Assembly: GCA_963799845.1 (NCBI GenBank)
Contig: CAWCYI010000004.1
Span: forward strand, 1,344,001-1,408,000
Direction: 5' to 3'
DNA length: 64,000 nt
DNA from: an uncultured Nitrososphaerota archaeon
Lineage (GTDB): Archaea > Thermoproteota > Nitrososphaeria > Nitrososphaerales > CADDZS01
Each line of letters starts with the position of its first letter. The first letter of the stretch is position 1. Positions 37,631 through 48,866 of the stretch are shown one piece after another. The position numbers were made by a program, and so were the translations under genes. The notes beneath the pieces are model-generated. The model saw only the letters and a program-made list of their open reading frames with translations. It did no database searches and was not told the origin of the DNA.

Positions 37631-39665
37631 TTACTGATCCTGCCCGTTCACGAATGTTACCGTGTTGAAGATCACGGTCTCCGTCTGTCCCGTGAATAAA
37701 GGATCCAGATAGGCGTTGGCCACCACATTCTTGTCCCACACGACCGAGCCCCCTCCCAGCGGAAGTTTGATCGTGCCGAGCCATATGTAGGGAGCGTCGT
37801 TGTATATCTGCTTCTGAGCTGCGGTACAGAGCGAGATCAACGTTGAATTGGAAGCTCCATTGGTCCATGAATTGACGCACTGCTGTACAGTGGGGTTGCT
37901 ATAGATCGCATAATTGCCGGCCGCGCTCTGGTTGCTCACAAAGAGTATCCACGAGTCCGCGGGGGTTGGCTCGTCCGGCGCCCAAGTTTCCGATCCAAAC
38001 CACGTCATCTGGGCTACCTGCTGAGCAACCGGCACCGCGCCAGAATAAGCTCCTGCCGCAACATATGGTAGCGTGTATTCGCTCGAAGGCGTCACCTCGA
38101 CATTTATGTTGAGCCCGATCTGCGACAGATCGCCCTGAATTATCTCGGCGGCAGAAACGCAAAAGTTGCAACCTGCTTCTACCCTGAACTCGATGGTGGG
38201 AAGGTTTGCCGTGTTTATGCTCGCGTTCTTCAAAATCTGTTTTGCGAGCGTCACGTTATACTGGTAGGGTGGAAGGTTTCCAAGGTCGTAGTACTGCGAC
38301 TGCGAAGGATACTCGGGACCCATGAATGGTACCAGTCCGTTGAAGAAGACTTCCTGCGAAATGTTGGAGTAATTAATCGCGTGGACTATTGCCTCTCTAA
38401 CGGCAGTAATGTTCGTGGGATACCTGAGAGTATTCATCGTTGCTCCAACAAACGCCATCGAGTTGTTCGGCAGGACGGAATAGCCGTATTTGGCTGGATT
38501 AGCTTGAATCAGCGGCCAATCTTCCGTTTCGATTCCCGCAATCTGGACTGTTCCCGAAGCTAGGTCTGCATATCTCGCGACATCGTCCGTCTTTGCATAA
38601 ATGATGACGTTTTTTACGTGACCGGGATCAAGATAGGGATTTGCTTGGATTTGAGCCGGAGTTAGATTCTTACCCCAATACGTAGGATTTTGAGTAAATT
38701 CCGCATAGGCATTTTCCGCTACTCCTGACACCATGTATGGCCCAGTTCCAGGAGCGGGATTGAGGTTGAAGTAAGGGTTGACTGCGGTCGGTGTACCATA
38801 ACCCCCGTGGTCCAAAACAAATTGGGTGTCGTACAAGAGACCCGTGAAAACGACCAATGCCAATGGGAACCACTGGAAAGGAGCCGCGAGTTGGAATACA
38901 ATCTGGTTCGCATTGGGGGCGTAAATTGGCCAAGAGCTGTTGCTCATTAGGGCGATGCCCTGCGCGGAGGGAGTTGTTACGCTGCTCTGGTTCAGTAACG
39001 CAAGCGTTGCGGGCCCGAAGTCAACCGAGGACATGTTGAAGACATCGTAAGTCTGTCATCCAGTTGCTGCTGTTGCCTGAGAGATAATAGTCGGCGTACA
39101 TCTCGCCCCAGACTTGGTAGGAGTTGAATGGATCTCCGTTGGAGAACGTGGCGTTCCTCAGATTAAATGTGTACGTTTCTCCATTGGCAGAAACGGTCCA
39201 GTTTGACGCGAGCATTGGCTCGGCAACGATCGCCCCGGTTGAGTATTCCAGCGAGGCGTTATCATCGACGAGAGACTGGTACACGGTGTCGGTTTGCCAG
39301 TTCGGATAGGGTTGTCCGACGTTCAGGAGCTGGCTAAGCTCACCGAATGGCCAGGTGAGATCATCGATTGACAATGTTTGGACGATTGATCCGCTGCTCG
39401 AACTTGAGGTGGAGGAGGAAGAAGACGAAGATGATGACGACGAACTCGATGATGAGCTGGAAGAAGTTGGAGGAGTAATTGAAGAGGACGATGAAGACTG
39501 GGAGGTGGAAGATTGCGACGATGAAGACGAGGTGGTGCTGGAACCTCGCGTAGTGGCATAGGCGATACCCCCTACGGCAGCGATGATAATCACAATTATG
39601 ACTGCTATTGCAGCAGTTCTCGAAATGGCGGACACATTTTTTCTGGCAGGCAAAAAGCGATCCAA
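37631..39665 (-). CDS. ABC peptide/sugar substrate-binding protein, family 5 (frameshift near 39035)
   Basis: N-terminal TM + Ser-rich linker, YTFNLR..FSNGDP, GTGPY, VREAI..AIN. Confidence 0.85.
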
Positions 39666-39878
39666 ATAGAATCTAAAAGAAACCGCCGAAATTTGCGTTA
39701 TAAAAGAATTGGATCTCTTCTGAGCGTGAGAAATAGGTCATTTTTGGAAGATTTCAGCTCGAAAATATGAGCTCCTAGATGAGTTCAATCGTATCTAACG
39801 GATACATGCCAAAATGGTTGGCAAAGCTCAGATAAGATATTCTATAATCTTCTATGTGAAAAACAGCTTTGCAGATCA

Positions 39879-40964
39879 TTAAGGCGTGCTGCTGGCAAGG
39901 GAACTGAGAGAAGCGAAATTCACTTCTGGTGTCTCGCCTGAGGAGCTGCCATCAAATCCTCCAATGCAGTATATGTAGCCTGACGAAGAAGCGCAGTTGG
40001 TCTCCGCTGTATCGGTATAGCTCCCGACCTGTTTCCAAGCGCCAATGCCGGAGGAAGAAACGCTGGCAAAATATACGGCGTTTGAATAGGCACCCTGATT
40101 TCCCTGACCCCCTACGCAGTAGATGGAGCTGGACACGATCACGCAAGATTGACCAGACAGCTGGATCGGATAAGGCGTCGTTGCCGTCCATGACCCTACG
40201 CCACTAGAAGATAATGCCGCGTAATACACGGAGCTCACTGCGTTACCGCTGCCGTCAGCCCCGCCTAGACAGTAGATGTAGCCTTGGGACGCGTAGCAGA
40301 TGGGATAGTAAACACCTGAAGGATATGAGTTCGTAACACTCCAATTTCCAATGCCCGAAGATGTGAGGGGAGCAAACCAGGCTGAGCTGCTGCTAGCGGC
40401 GGTTGCATTCAAGCCGTTCGATTCAGTGGTCCCTCCGACACAGTAGGCGTAGCCGGAGGATGCAACGCATGCAAGGGTGTCCGCGGGAACGGGGAAGGAT
40501 GTCGTAGAGGTCCACTTCCCTACCTGTCCGTTGCTCAGGGAAGCATAATAGCTGGAAGCAATATCATCTCCAGCATCATCATAAATTCCTCCAATGCAAT
40601 AGACATTAGCGGAATAATAGACGCACGACTGCCCGTAAACGGTCTCGGGATAGACGTTCGAATCAGCCGTCCAACTGGTGATGTTTGGGGAAGAGGAGAA
40701 TAGCGAGTTGGAAGAATAAATGTCATCGCGGGGACCTTGGTTTGCATCCTGTCCCCCAATGCAATAGATGTACCCCGTACCGTTGACGCACTGCTGCCCT
40801 CCCACATCAAATGCTCCACCTACTTGAAGGGGATACTCGGGACCAGATATCCAGACAGAGCTGCTCGTTGTAGTAGTTGCGAGCAGGGCTCCCACAACGA
40901 AAAGAGCAATTAGCGCAACTACGACAATCACAACTATGATGATGATTATTCTCGAAATTTTCAC
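39879..40964 (-). CDS. Membrane-anchored Cys-rich kelch-like repeat protein
   Basis: Six CxxxxGY(I/A)YCxGG...W repeats. Confidence 0.75.
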   Translation of the reverse strand: MKISRIIIIIVVIVVVALIALFVVGALLATTTTSSSVWISGPEYPLQVGGAFDVGGQQCVNGTGYIYCIGGQDANQGPRDDIYSSNSLFSSSPNITSWTADSNVYPETVYGQSCVYYSANVYCIGGIYDDAGDDIASSYYASLSNGQVGKWTSTTSFPVPADTLACVASSGYAYCVGGTTESNGLNATAASSSSAWFAPLTSSGIGNWSVTNSYPSGVYYPICYASQGYIYCLGGADGSGNAVSSVYYAALSSSGVGSWTATTPYPIQLSGQSCVIVSSSIYCVGGQGNQGAYSNAVYFASVSSSGIGAWKQVGSYTDTAETNCASSSGYIYCIGGFDGSSSGETPEVNFASLSSLASSTP

Positions 40965-41026
40965 TTCGATTTTCCTACTTTGATACGTATTCAGGACGAA
41001 TGGAAATAATCAAAAATTTATCTTGA

Positions 41027-42148
41027 TCAGGACAAACCAATGCTGTTGATTACTCGGCCAGAGCTCGCGTCGACTACGAGGATGATTTTATTGCCGTTGT
41101 GATCGTACTTCGCGAACCAAATCGGAGCGTGTAGTAATTCTACGTCTCCAACTTCAGATTGCGTAGTCAATTGCTGGATCATGTGATACTTTGCGTGTGC
41201 TTTATCTGACTGCAGCTGATCGACAAGGGTTTTTGCCTGCGACTTTGCAACATCCTCGCCGATGTCACCGTTTAGTACCTTGACGCCTTTCGGTATTTTT
41301 GTGATGTCGAAAAGTGATCTGCCATCGAGGTTGAATTGATATTCTCGTGGCTGATAAGCTGTGAGAGCTTTTAGAGCAATGACAGGAAAGTTATAGTTCG
41401 CGTCCATCTGATCGGTTTTTCTAGCACCGCCACCGCCGCGTCCCATTCCCATTCCGTAAGCCATGATTGGTCCAAACTTGAATGCACCTGAGAACAGAGC
41501 ACTTGTACCTAAACTTCCGTTCCATAAGACACGCCTCCGTCCTCCCCCTCCGCCCCCTCTGCGTCCTCCCCCTCCGCCCCCCCCACCGAATGCACCACCT
41601 AGTAACGCGCCCATCAATGCGGCAGTTGTAGCAGTCTGAGCAATCTGTTGTGTTTCGTCAGTTGCCACAACTGTCGTCCGAGCTGAGACACTGACGATCC
41701 AGTAAGGCACGTACGAGAGACTCATTTCCTCCTGTTTCGAATTTTCTTGAAGATGTCGGTGCAAAAGTCCTTTGTCCATCATTGGTTTGATAATGGCATT
41801 GAAGGCATCGGCCGTGGTGACCTTCAAGGGAAGCATTGTCTGCTTCTGCACATTCGTCCAACCTTGGTTTCCCAGCGTGATGCCACTGCCGCAGTATTCA
41901 CAGGTTATGACCATCTCGCCGAACTTGGGCGATAGCGGGGCACCGCAATTGGGACATTTAAACGAAGTTACCCCAGAAGCAGCGACTACCTGCTCCGGCT
42001 TTTGCGTAGCTGTAGAAGTTGCACCAACCGATTGTTCGGCACTACCGCCCGACTGAGCTCCACCCGGAACCTGGCTAATCTTAAACCCACACTTGTAACA
42101 AAACGCTGCATCATCGGGAAGCTGCGTACCGCAATTAGGACAATTCAA
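41027..42148 (-). CDS. Double zinc-ribbon protein with Gly/Arg-rich insert
   Basis: CPNCG..CYKCG, CPNCG..CEYCG, YVPYW. Confidence 0.75.
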   Translation of the reverse strand: MNCPNCGTQLPDDAAFCYKCGFKISQVPGGAQSGGSAEQSVGATSTATQKPEQVVAASGVTSFKCPNCGAPLSPKFGEMVITCEYCGSGITLGNQGWTNVQKQTMLPLKVTTADAFNAIIKPMMDKGLLHRHLQENSKQEEMSLSYVPYWIVSVSARTTVVATDETQQIAQTATTAALMGALLGGAFGGGGGGGGRRGGGGGGRRRVLWNGSLGTSALFSGAFKFGPIMAYGMGMGRGGGGARKTDQMDANYNFPVIALKALTAYQPREYQFNLDGRSLFDITKIPKGVKVLNGDIGEDVAKSQAKTLVDQLQSDKAHAKYHMIQQLTTQSEVGDVELLHAPIWFAKYDHNGNKIILVVDASSGRVINSIGLS

Positions 42149-42505
42149 ATTTTACTATTCTCCTTTTTCAAAACTATTTAGAAAGTTAGTTTGATCATCA
42201 GAGGTAATAAGGGGATATACATTTTTCCATTCTAAAACAGATGACAGATTCCGTCTTACGCTCAAAAGTTAGTCTTTTTCATTCGCTGATGATTGATTTC
42301 CATCCCATCGAGAGCTGGGAGCGATCCTGTTTAGTTTCTGGGAAGGGACAGATGATCTTCACAAAACGCATGCTTTAAACGTGAACCATTTAGGGTTAAA
42401 CTAACGTCGAGTAAAGTGAGAATACAGGCAGCACGAAATACTTAATTTATTTTCAAATAAGTCTAACAACAGGAGCTACTTATGCCATCATTGACCTAGG
42501 AAGAG

Positions 42506-44218
42506 ATGAAGCAACAAACGCAATACAAATGGATAGCTCTCTCAAACACGACTCTTGGAACTCTACTGGCGGCAATTGATCTTAACATCGTTCTCATCGC
42601 TCTCCCTTCGATTTTTCGGGGAATCCAGATAAATCCGATAACGTCCTTCACATATCTCCTCTGGATATTGTTCGGATACAGTATCGTCACCGCCACTCTT
42701 CTCGTATCCTTCGGTCGAATCTCGGATATGTTGGGGCGCGTCAAACTATACAACTTGGGGTTTGCGATCTACACCGTCGGCTCGATTCTCCTTTACCTTA
42801 CTCCCAATACCGGTCAGCTCGGCGCACTGGAGCTTATTTTATTCCGCGTAGTTCAGGGAGTAGGCGCGGCGTTTCTTTTCTCCAACAGCGCCGCGATTCT
42901 TACTGACGCATTTCCCCCGAACGAGCGTGGTAAAGCCTTGGGGCTGAACCAGGTTGCCGTGCTGGCCGGCTCAGTACTGGGGCTCGTGCTTGGAGGAGTC
43001 CTCGCGACTTTCAACTGGAGGTACGTCTTCCTTGTGAGTGTCCCCTTTGGAATTATCGGAACTTTTTGGTCTCATTACCACCTCAGAGAGATAGCTACCA
43101 TCAGGAAAAACCAGAAGATCGACATCTGGGGTAATATTACGTTTGCAGCAGGCTTGATCAGTCTTTTGATTTCCCTTACGTACGGACTCGTCCCTTATGG
43201 CGATTCCCCGATGGGTTGGTCAGACCCTTTAGTCATAGTGGGTTTGCTTTCTTCATTTGCATTGCTCGCAGCGTTTCCGATCATCGAGACTCAAGTAGAA
43301 GATCCGATGTTCAGACTCGAGCTTTTCAAGCGGAGAATTTTCGCGTTTGGTAATCTCGCGGACGTTCTTGCAGCTCTGGCTCGCGGAGGAGTGACTTTGA
43401 TGCTTATTATCCTTCTCCAGGCAGTCTGGCTACCACTTCACGGAATCAGTTACCAGGATACGCCATTCTGGGCCGGGGTGTACATTATCCCGTTTTCCTT
43501 GGGATTTGTCGTGATGGGACCTCTGAGCGGGTACCTCTCCGACAAGTACGGTGCTAGAGGGTTTTCAACTCTCGGGATGGTGATCACGGGAACCGCTTTT
43601 CTTGCACTTTCAGAACTTTCCTACAATTTCTACTATCCGGATTTTGCTGCAATCGTTTTTACGATGGGGATCGGGATGGGAATGTTTTCCTCCCCCAACA
43701 TCGCTTCGATCATGAACTCTGTTCCCCCGCAGAACAGGGGCGCCGCGGCTGGGATGAGGAGCACTCTCATGAATACCGGAACGAGCATCGGTACGAGCAT
43801 ACTGTTCACAACCGTAATTCTGACTCTATCAGGCTCTCTTCCTGGCTATCTAGCCAGCGCTGCCGCAGCTGCCGGTGCTCCTCAACTAGGGGCATCCGTC
43901 TTTAGACAGATTGCGCCAACATCCGCACTGTTCGCAGCATTTCTCGGGTACAGTCCAATGCAGACTATTCTCAATTCGCTCCCCGCTAGTTTGACCTCTA
44001 CTTTGAGCGCCAGCGTTGTCGCCACGTTGACGGGAAAATCGTGGTTTCCGAATGCGTTTGCGCCGGCGTTCATGTCGTCCCTCCGCGTCGCAATCTACAT
44101 CAACGCCGCCCTGGCTTACACCGCCGCCCTCGCATCAGTCGTCAGAGGAAAGAGGTACATCTACGGCCTCGAGCCTGAGAAGGAAGAAGAACCTCAAACT
44201 AAGAAAGCGTCGAAGTAG
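42506..44218 (+). CDS. MFS (DHA2-type) transporter
   Basis: GRISDMLGR, FRVVQGVG, ERGKALG; about 14 TM segments. Confidence 0.92.
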   Translation: MKQQTQYKWIALSNTTLGTLLAAIDLNIVLIALPSIFRGIQINPITSFTYLLWILFGYSIVTATLLVSFGRISDMLGRVKLYNLGFAIYTVGSILLYLTPNTGQLGALELILFRVVQGVGAAFLFSNSAAILTDAFPPNERGKALGLNQVAVLAGSVLGLVLGGVLATFNWRYVFLVSVPFGIIGTFWSHYHLREIATIRKNQKIDIWGNITFAAGLISLLISLTYGLVPYGDSPMGWSDPLVIVGLLSSFALLAAFPIIETQVEDPMFRLELFKRRIFAFGNLADVLAALARGGVTLMLIILLQAVWLPLHGISYQDTPFWAGVYIIPFSLGFVVMGPLSGYLSDKYGARGFSTLGMVITGTAFLALSELSYNFYYPDFAAIVFTMGIGMGMFSSPNIASIMNSVPPQNRGAAAGMRSTLMNTGTSIGTSILFTTVILTLSGSLPGYLASAAAAAGAPQLGASVFRQIAPTSALFAAFLGYSPMQTILNSLPASLTSTLSASVVATLTGKSWFPNAFAPAFMSSLRVAIYINAALAYTAALASVVRGKRYIYGLEPEKEEEPQTKKASK

Positions 44219-44254
44219 GCAGTTCCTTTTCTGATACTCGCAATAAACAGGTCA

Positions 44255-44397
44255 TGAAACAAGTCTGTCCTGAGCTTAGAGAGCTTGAAACGAGCTGTCC
44301 GAATTGAACAGAGCTTGAACGTAGCTCTTCACTCAGAAAACACCTCCCCGTGTGCGAACGCAGAAATTTTTTTTCTTAATGAATCAATGGGAACTCG
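44255..44397 (-). repeat. Dispersed repeat family 2, copy 2
   Basis: Reverse complement aligns with 11936-12079 (shared CATTGATTCATTAAGAAAAAAA, GCTCTGTTCAAT, CAGCTCGTTTCAAG). Confidence 0.8.
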
Positions 44398-44617
44398 TTT
44401 ATGAACGAAAAAGAAGTCCTCCAGCAAATTCTGGATAGTTTATACAGGAGATATCAATCATTTGTCGTCTTGTTTCTTGGAAGGTGTCATCCGATGCAAG
44501 ATGTTGAAATCGAATTCCGATAGAACACTTCTTTTTCTCAACTACATCAATCAACATCCAACATCGGACGGCCTCGGAAAACCTCCGACGATGAGGCAGA
44601 ACCAATAATTACATAAC

Positions 44618-45916
44618 TTGTCGTTGATTACGAAAATGGATTTTCTTGAAACTATCGTCGCACGCAATCCGAAGCTTGTCGACGTGGCATTCGATCTTCA
44701 TCGCGAGGGTAAGATTCCGTGTGATACGTATCTCGTAGATCTTGATACCGTCAAACAAAATGCGAAGCTGATTTCGGAAGCTTCCTCCAGAGCCGGCATC
44801 AAGAATTACTACATGACAAAGCAGTTCGGAAGGAATCCCCTGATTTGCAAAGTCATAGTCGACTCCGGCATCGATAGCGCGGTCGCAATAAATCTTGACG
44901 AGACGAAAATCCTCCACAGGAACGGGTTCAAAGTAGATCACGTCGGACACTTGATTCAGATACCTTCTGGGGAGATCGATTACGTCGTTGGAAAAGTGAG
45001 ACCGGAGATCATCACAATTTATAGCTACGAGAAGGCGAAAGAGATAGATCGCGCAGCCAGAAAATTTGGAATCATTCAGAAAATAATGCTGCGACCGATC
45101 AGCTCAACCGATTCTTTCGCCGCCAATGCTGAAGGAGGAACACACGTACGAGAAATTGTAAGGGAGGTAAAGCGACTATCTGAACTGGATAACATAAGAG
45201 TGGTAGGCTTGACTTCATTCCCGTCTTTTCGATTGGATCTGAAGCAGAGAAAGATTGTAAAGACTTCCAATTTCGAATCCATGATGAATGCAAAGAATCT
45301 GATCGAATCTGAGACTGCGATCAGGATCGAACAGATCAACGCGCCTGGGAGCTCCTGCGTAGAAGGAATGAAGATTCTCGCAGAAGAAGGCGCAACACAC
45401 GCCGAACCGGGACACGCTTTTACCGGAACGACTCCCTGGCATGCTTTTGAAGATCTACCAGAAAGACCAGCCTTGGTTTACGTCACGGAAGTTTCGCACA
45501 CAAATGCCGACAGGGCGTACTCCTTCAGCGGAGGTCTGCCGCAAACCGGGTACCACGGATTTTTTACGATGAAGTATCACCAAGCTTTCCTGTATGCTCT
45601 GGCAGAAAGGGGAGGATCGCATAAGACGATTCTCGCAGAGCCACCACCACTAACGATGGACAGCCAGGCGTGGCCGGATTACTATACGGTTCTACATCAG
45701 CCCACAGAATTCTCTCTGGAAGTTGGCGATATGATACTTTTCGGCTTCAGGCCTCAAGTATACATGAGCCGTTCGAAAGTTACGATCGTCAAGGGAATCG
45801 GAACGTCTAGTATCGAAGTGCTCGGCACATTTGATCGAAATGGAAATTTGCTCGATTCTAGTGACGAAAGACCTGCTCCGAAAGAAGAGCTCGATTCTCT
45901 AATCAGTCAAGTATAG
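44618..45916 (+). CDS. YhfX-like PLP-dependent enzyme (alanine racemase fold)
   Basis: YYMTKQFGRNP, GHLIQIP, THAEPGH..TGTTP, VTEVSH. Confidence 0.85.
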   Translation: MSLITKMDFLETIVARNPKLVDVAFDLHREGKIPCDTYLVDLDTVKQNAKLISEASSRAGIKNYYMTKQFGRNPLICKVIVDSGIDSAVAINLDETKILHRNGFKVDHVGHLIQIPSGEIDYVVGKVRPEIITIYSYEKAKEIDRAARKFGIIQKIMLRPISSTDSFAANAEGGTHVREIVREVKRLSELDNIRVVGLTSFPSFRLDLKQRKIVKTSNFESMMNAKNLIESETAIRIEQINAPGSSCVEGMKILAEEGATHAEPGHAFTGTTPWHAFEDLPERPALVYVTEVSHTNADRAYSFSGGLPQTGYHGFFTMKYHQAFLYALAERGGSHKTILAEPPPLTMDSQAWPDYYTVLHQPTEFSLEVGDMILFGFRPQVYMSRSKVTIVKGIGTSSIEVLGTFDRNGNLLDSSDERPAPKEELDSLISQV

Positions 45917-45997
45917 ACCAGTTGGACTTCTCCAGTTCGAAGCGCTCACAAAACTTTATTCCCGCTGTATGATGAACCGGAAATTTAGCGCAGATCA

Positions 45998-47128
45998 ATG
46001 AAGATTACAGACATAAAGGCCATAGCTCTTCGTAACAAAGAGAGGTCTCTCTCCGCCGGTCCGGGAGTTTGCATGGTCGAAGTCCACACCAGCAACGGGC
46101 TGGTTGGAGTAGGAGAGGCATGCGCTCAAAGCGAGAATGATGAGGCAGCTCTTGCAACCGCCCTAATCCTTGAAAGGGGAATCAAACCGATTGTACTCGG
46201 GCTGGACCCTGTGAATCCAAGGACGATCTGGGAGAAACTGTATCTCGAAACGGAATGGTTTGGGCGAATGGGTACTGTGATGCATGCGATAAGCGCTCTC
46301 GATATCGCATTGTGGGATCTGATGGGCAAGTCTCTGGGAGTCTCCGTGTCAAGACTTATCGGGGGCAGATTCAGAGAATCGGTAAAGACTTACGCGAGCA
46401 TTATTTTTGACATGGAAAATTTCGCATCGATGGCAGATGAGGCGAAGATCTGGACTCGAGAAGGTTACAAAGCCGTAAAGTTCGGCTGGGGTCAGACCAG
46501 AGAAACTGCGTTCGGACTTGATGCGACTAAGGACGAGGCAGCCGTGAAATATCTTAGAGATGTGCTTGGGCCGGACATTGACATAATGGTGGATGTGGGC
46601 AGGTACGTCAACTGGACACCGGCTCATGCGCTGGAAATGGCTCGCAGGTTTTCAAAATATGGAATATACTGGCTGGAGGAGCCTCTCCCCCAAGATGACA
46701 TCGAGGGTTTCATCTGGCTGACCGAGAAGAGTCCGATCAAGATCGCGACAGGTGAAGGAGAATACAACAGATTCGGTTTCAAGCGCCTGATCACTTCACA
46801 CGCGACTGACATCATTCAGCCGGATTTGGGGAGAGCTGGAGGTTTCACCGAGGGGATGCGAATTTCAGATCTCGTACAAGCTTGGAATCTCACGCTGGTC
46901 CCGCACGGCTTCAGCTCTGCAATCAATGTTGCAGCAAACCTGCAGTGGATCTCGGCAATGCCTGCCGCGACGCTGCTGGAATTCAGGAGGACGAAGAGCC
47001 CGCTTCTCGCTGATCTCATAAAAACTCCGTTTGAAGCTAACAACGGCAATCTGGAGATCCCGGATCGGCCGGGTCTTGGAATAGAGATCAGGCAAGATAC
47101 TGTAGAGGCATGTCGCGTCACGCTCTAA
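45998..47128 (+). CDS. Mandelate racemase/enolase-superfamily enzyme
   Basis: DIALWDLMGK, KFGW, MVD, LEEP, TGE, QPD, PH. Confidence 0.9.
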   Translation: MKITDIKAIALRNKERSLSAGPGVCMVEVHTSNGLVGVGEACAQSENDEAALATALILERGIKPIVLGLDPVNPRTIWEKLYLETEWFGRMGTVMHAISALDIALWDLMGKSLGVSVSRLIGGRFRESVKTYASIIFDMENFASMADEAKIWTREGYKAVKFGWGQTRETAFGLDATKDEAAVKYLRDVLGPDIDIMVDVGRYVNWTPAHALEMARRFSKYGIYWLEEPLPQDDIEGFIWLTEKSPIKIATGEGEYNRFGFKRLITSHATDIIQPDLGRAGGFTEGMRISDLVQAWNLTLVPHGFSSAINVAANLQWISAMPAATLLEFRRTKSPLLADLIKTPFEANNGNLEIPDRPGLGIEIRQDTVEACRVTL

Positions 47129-47259
47129 CAAATAATCACTGGCCAGCAATTACTTTCTAAAACTTCTTAAACCCCAACAATAAGCACGCCGAAAACTTAC
47201 TTTTTTCTTGAGGCCCCTAGAAACCGTTATAAGAATCTGGGGAAACCGCGCTTCTCAGC

Positions 47260-48849
47260 TTGACGTCTGAGAAATCTGTTTTCCTTAGAAACGCCACCGG
47301 TCTCGTCCGAGACTTTGCAATGATCGACGCTGTTATTTTTGCGATCGGCGCAATGATCGGTCCGACATGGGTTCCAATTTTTGCTGGCGAGTGGATTAAC
47401 TTTCCAGGCGTGAGTATTCCAGCTTCGTTTGTCATTATCGGCATATTAGCAGTTGCAAATGGATTGTACTATGTTTTCATTACGGCGGTGATGCCGAGAA
47501 GCGGCGGTGGCAGCTATGTTCCGTTGAGCCGGCTAATCTCTCCGATTCTAGGAATGGGCATGACTATGATTCTTGTCGTCGCTTTTCTGCTAGACATGGG
47601 ATACATCGCTGACATCACGTTTACGGTGGGAGTCTCTGGTCCACTTGCCACCTATAGTACGATCACGAATAATTCTGGACTATCCAGTCTGGCAAGTTCA
47701 CTGAGTACTCAGACTTGGGGTATCGTTTTGGGTACCGTCATGATAATCTTGATCGGGTTGCTTGCGATTTCCGGAAACAGGTGGATAAAGCTTGCAAATA
47801 AAGTGGCGTTCGTTGTAGGCACAATCGGCATGCTTCTTATCATAGGCGTACTTGCGACTACTTCACAGGCGCAGTTCCAGACGGCGTTCAATAATTTTGC
47901 TGGCGCGGGAATGTACCAGAATATTACAGCGACCGCCCACGCAGCGGGGTATAATCCTAACGTTAACTGGCTGAGTCCGACCTCCCTCTCACTTCCACTG
48001 TCATTTTTCGCAATCGCTGGCTACGCTTTCAATACATACTACGGTGGAGAAATCAGAAGGGTCAGTCGGACGATGTCTATTGCTGTCATAGGTTCAATAA
48101 TCTTCACCGGTGCGTTCTTTTCGGTAATAGCGGCCCTTGCACAAAATGCCTTTGGTTACAACTTCATCACTGGAGCTAGTTATCTCTCTAGCATTAGCAA
48201 ATGGCCATTGGGTCCCGCCCCTTACGTGAATACGTTCGTCGCGATGGTGAATTCTAATCCGATCATCAACGCGATCGTAATTGCGAGCTTCGTCGCCTGG
48301 GGGTATCTGTTGATAATTAATTACTACTTTATCTCGTCGCGTCATTTTCTCGCCTGGTCATTTGACAGATCCGTGCCATCAATGTTTGGTTCAGTGAGCG
48401 ATAGATTGCACAGCCCGGTAGTTGCTCTGGGCATCTGCGGAATCATCGGATGGATCGCTCTAATTTTATACACATATCTTCCCGCGGAACTCGGTGCGGT
48501 CAATCTGACGTTCTTCTTTGTGATCGCTTTCTTGCTCGACGGTCTCGCGGGCATCGCTCTCTGGCGCAAGCCTGAACTTTTGCGTTCCGCCCCAGCTTTC
48601 GTCCAGAAGAAGATTGGCGGGGTTCCTGTAATTTCGCTGCTCGGATTGTATAGCGTCATTTTCATGGGATACCTATTCGTCGCTTCTCTCCAGAATCCGG
48701 GGGCAATTGGAGCGTTCGGTTACGCGACGATAGTGCCTACCATCGGAGCTTTCATAATCGGCGCCGGATCTTATTTGGCGATGAAAAGCTACTTCAAGGG
48801 ACGGGGACTAGAGATCGCGCTGGCGTACAAAGAAATCCCGCCCGAATAG
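47260..48849 (+). CDS. APC family amino-acid permease
   Basis: FLRNATGLVR, MPRSGG, GGEIR, AWSFDR. Confidence 0.9.
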   Translation: MTSEKSVFLRNATGLVRDFAMIDAVIFAIGAMIGPTWVPIFAGEWINFPGVSIPASFVIIGILAVANGLYYVFITAVMPRSGGGSYVPLSRLISPILGMGMTMILVVAFLLDMGYIADITFTVGVSGPLATYSTITNNSGLSSLASSLSTQTWGIVLGTVMIILIGLLAISGNRWIKLANKVAFVVGTIGMLLIIGVLATTSQAQFQTAFNNFAGAGMYQNITATAHAAGYNPNVNWLSPTSLSLPLSFFAIAGYAFNTYYGGEIRRVSRTMSIAVIGSIIFTGAFFSVIAALAQNAFGYNFITGASYLSSISKWPLGPAPYVNTFVAMVNSNPIINAIVIASFVAWGYLLIINYYFISSRHFLAWSFDRSVPSMFGSVSDRLHSPVVALGICGIIGWIALILYTYLPAELGAVNLTFFFVIAFLLDGLAGIALWRKPELLRSAPAFVQKKIGGVPVISLLGLYSVIFMGYLFVASLQNPGAIGAFGYATIVPTIGAFIIGAGSYLAMKSYFKGRGLEIALAYKEIPPE

Positions 48850-48866
48850 ACCGGACAATATCCTAA

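Noticed and set aside
39355-39561. Highly acidic ORF on the + strand
   Set aside because: Antisense shadow of the Ser-rich linker of the substrate-binding protein.
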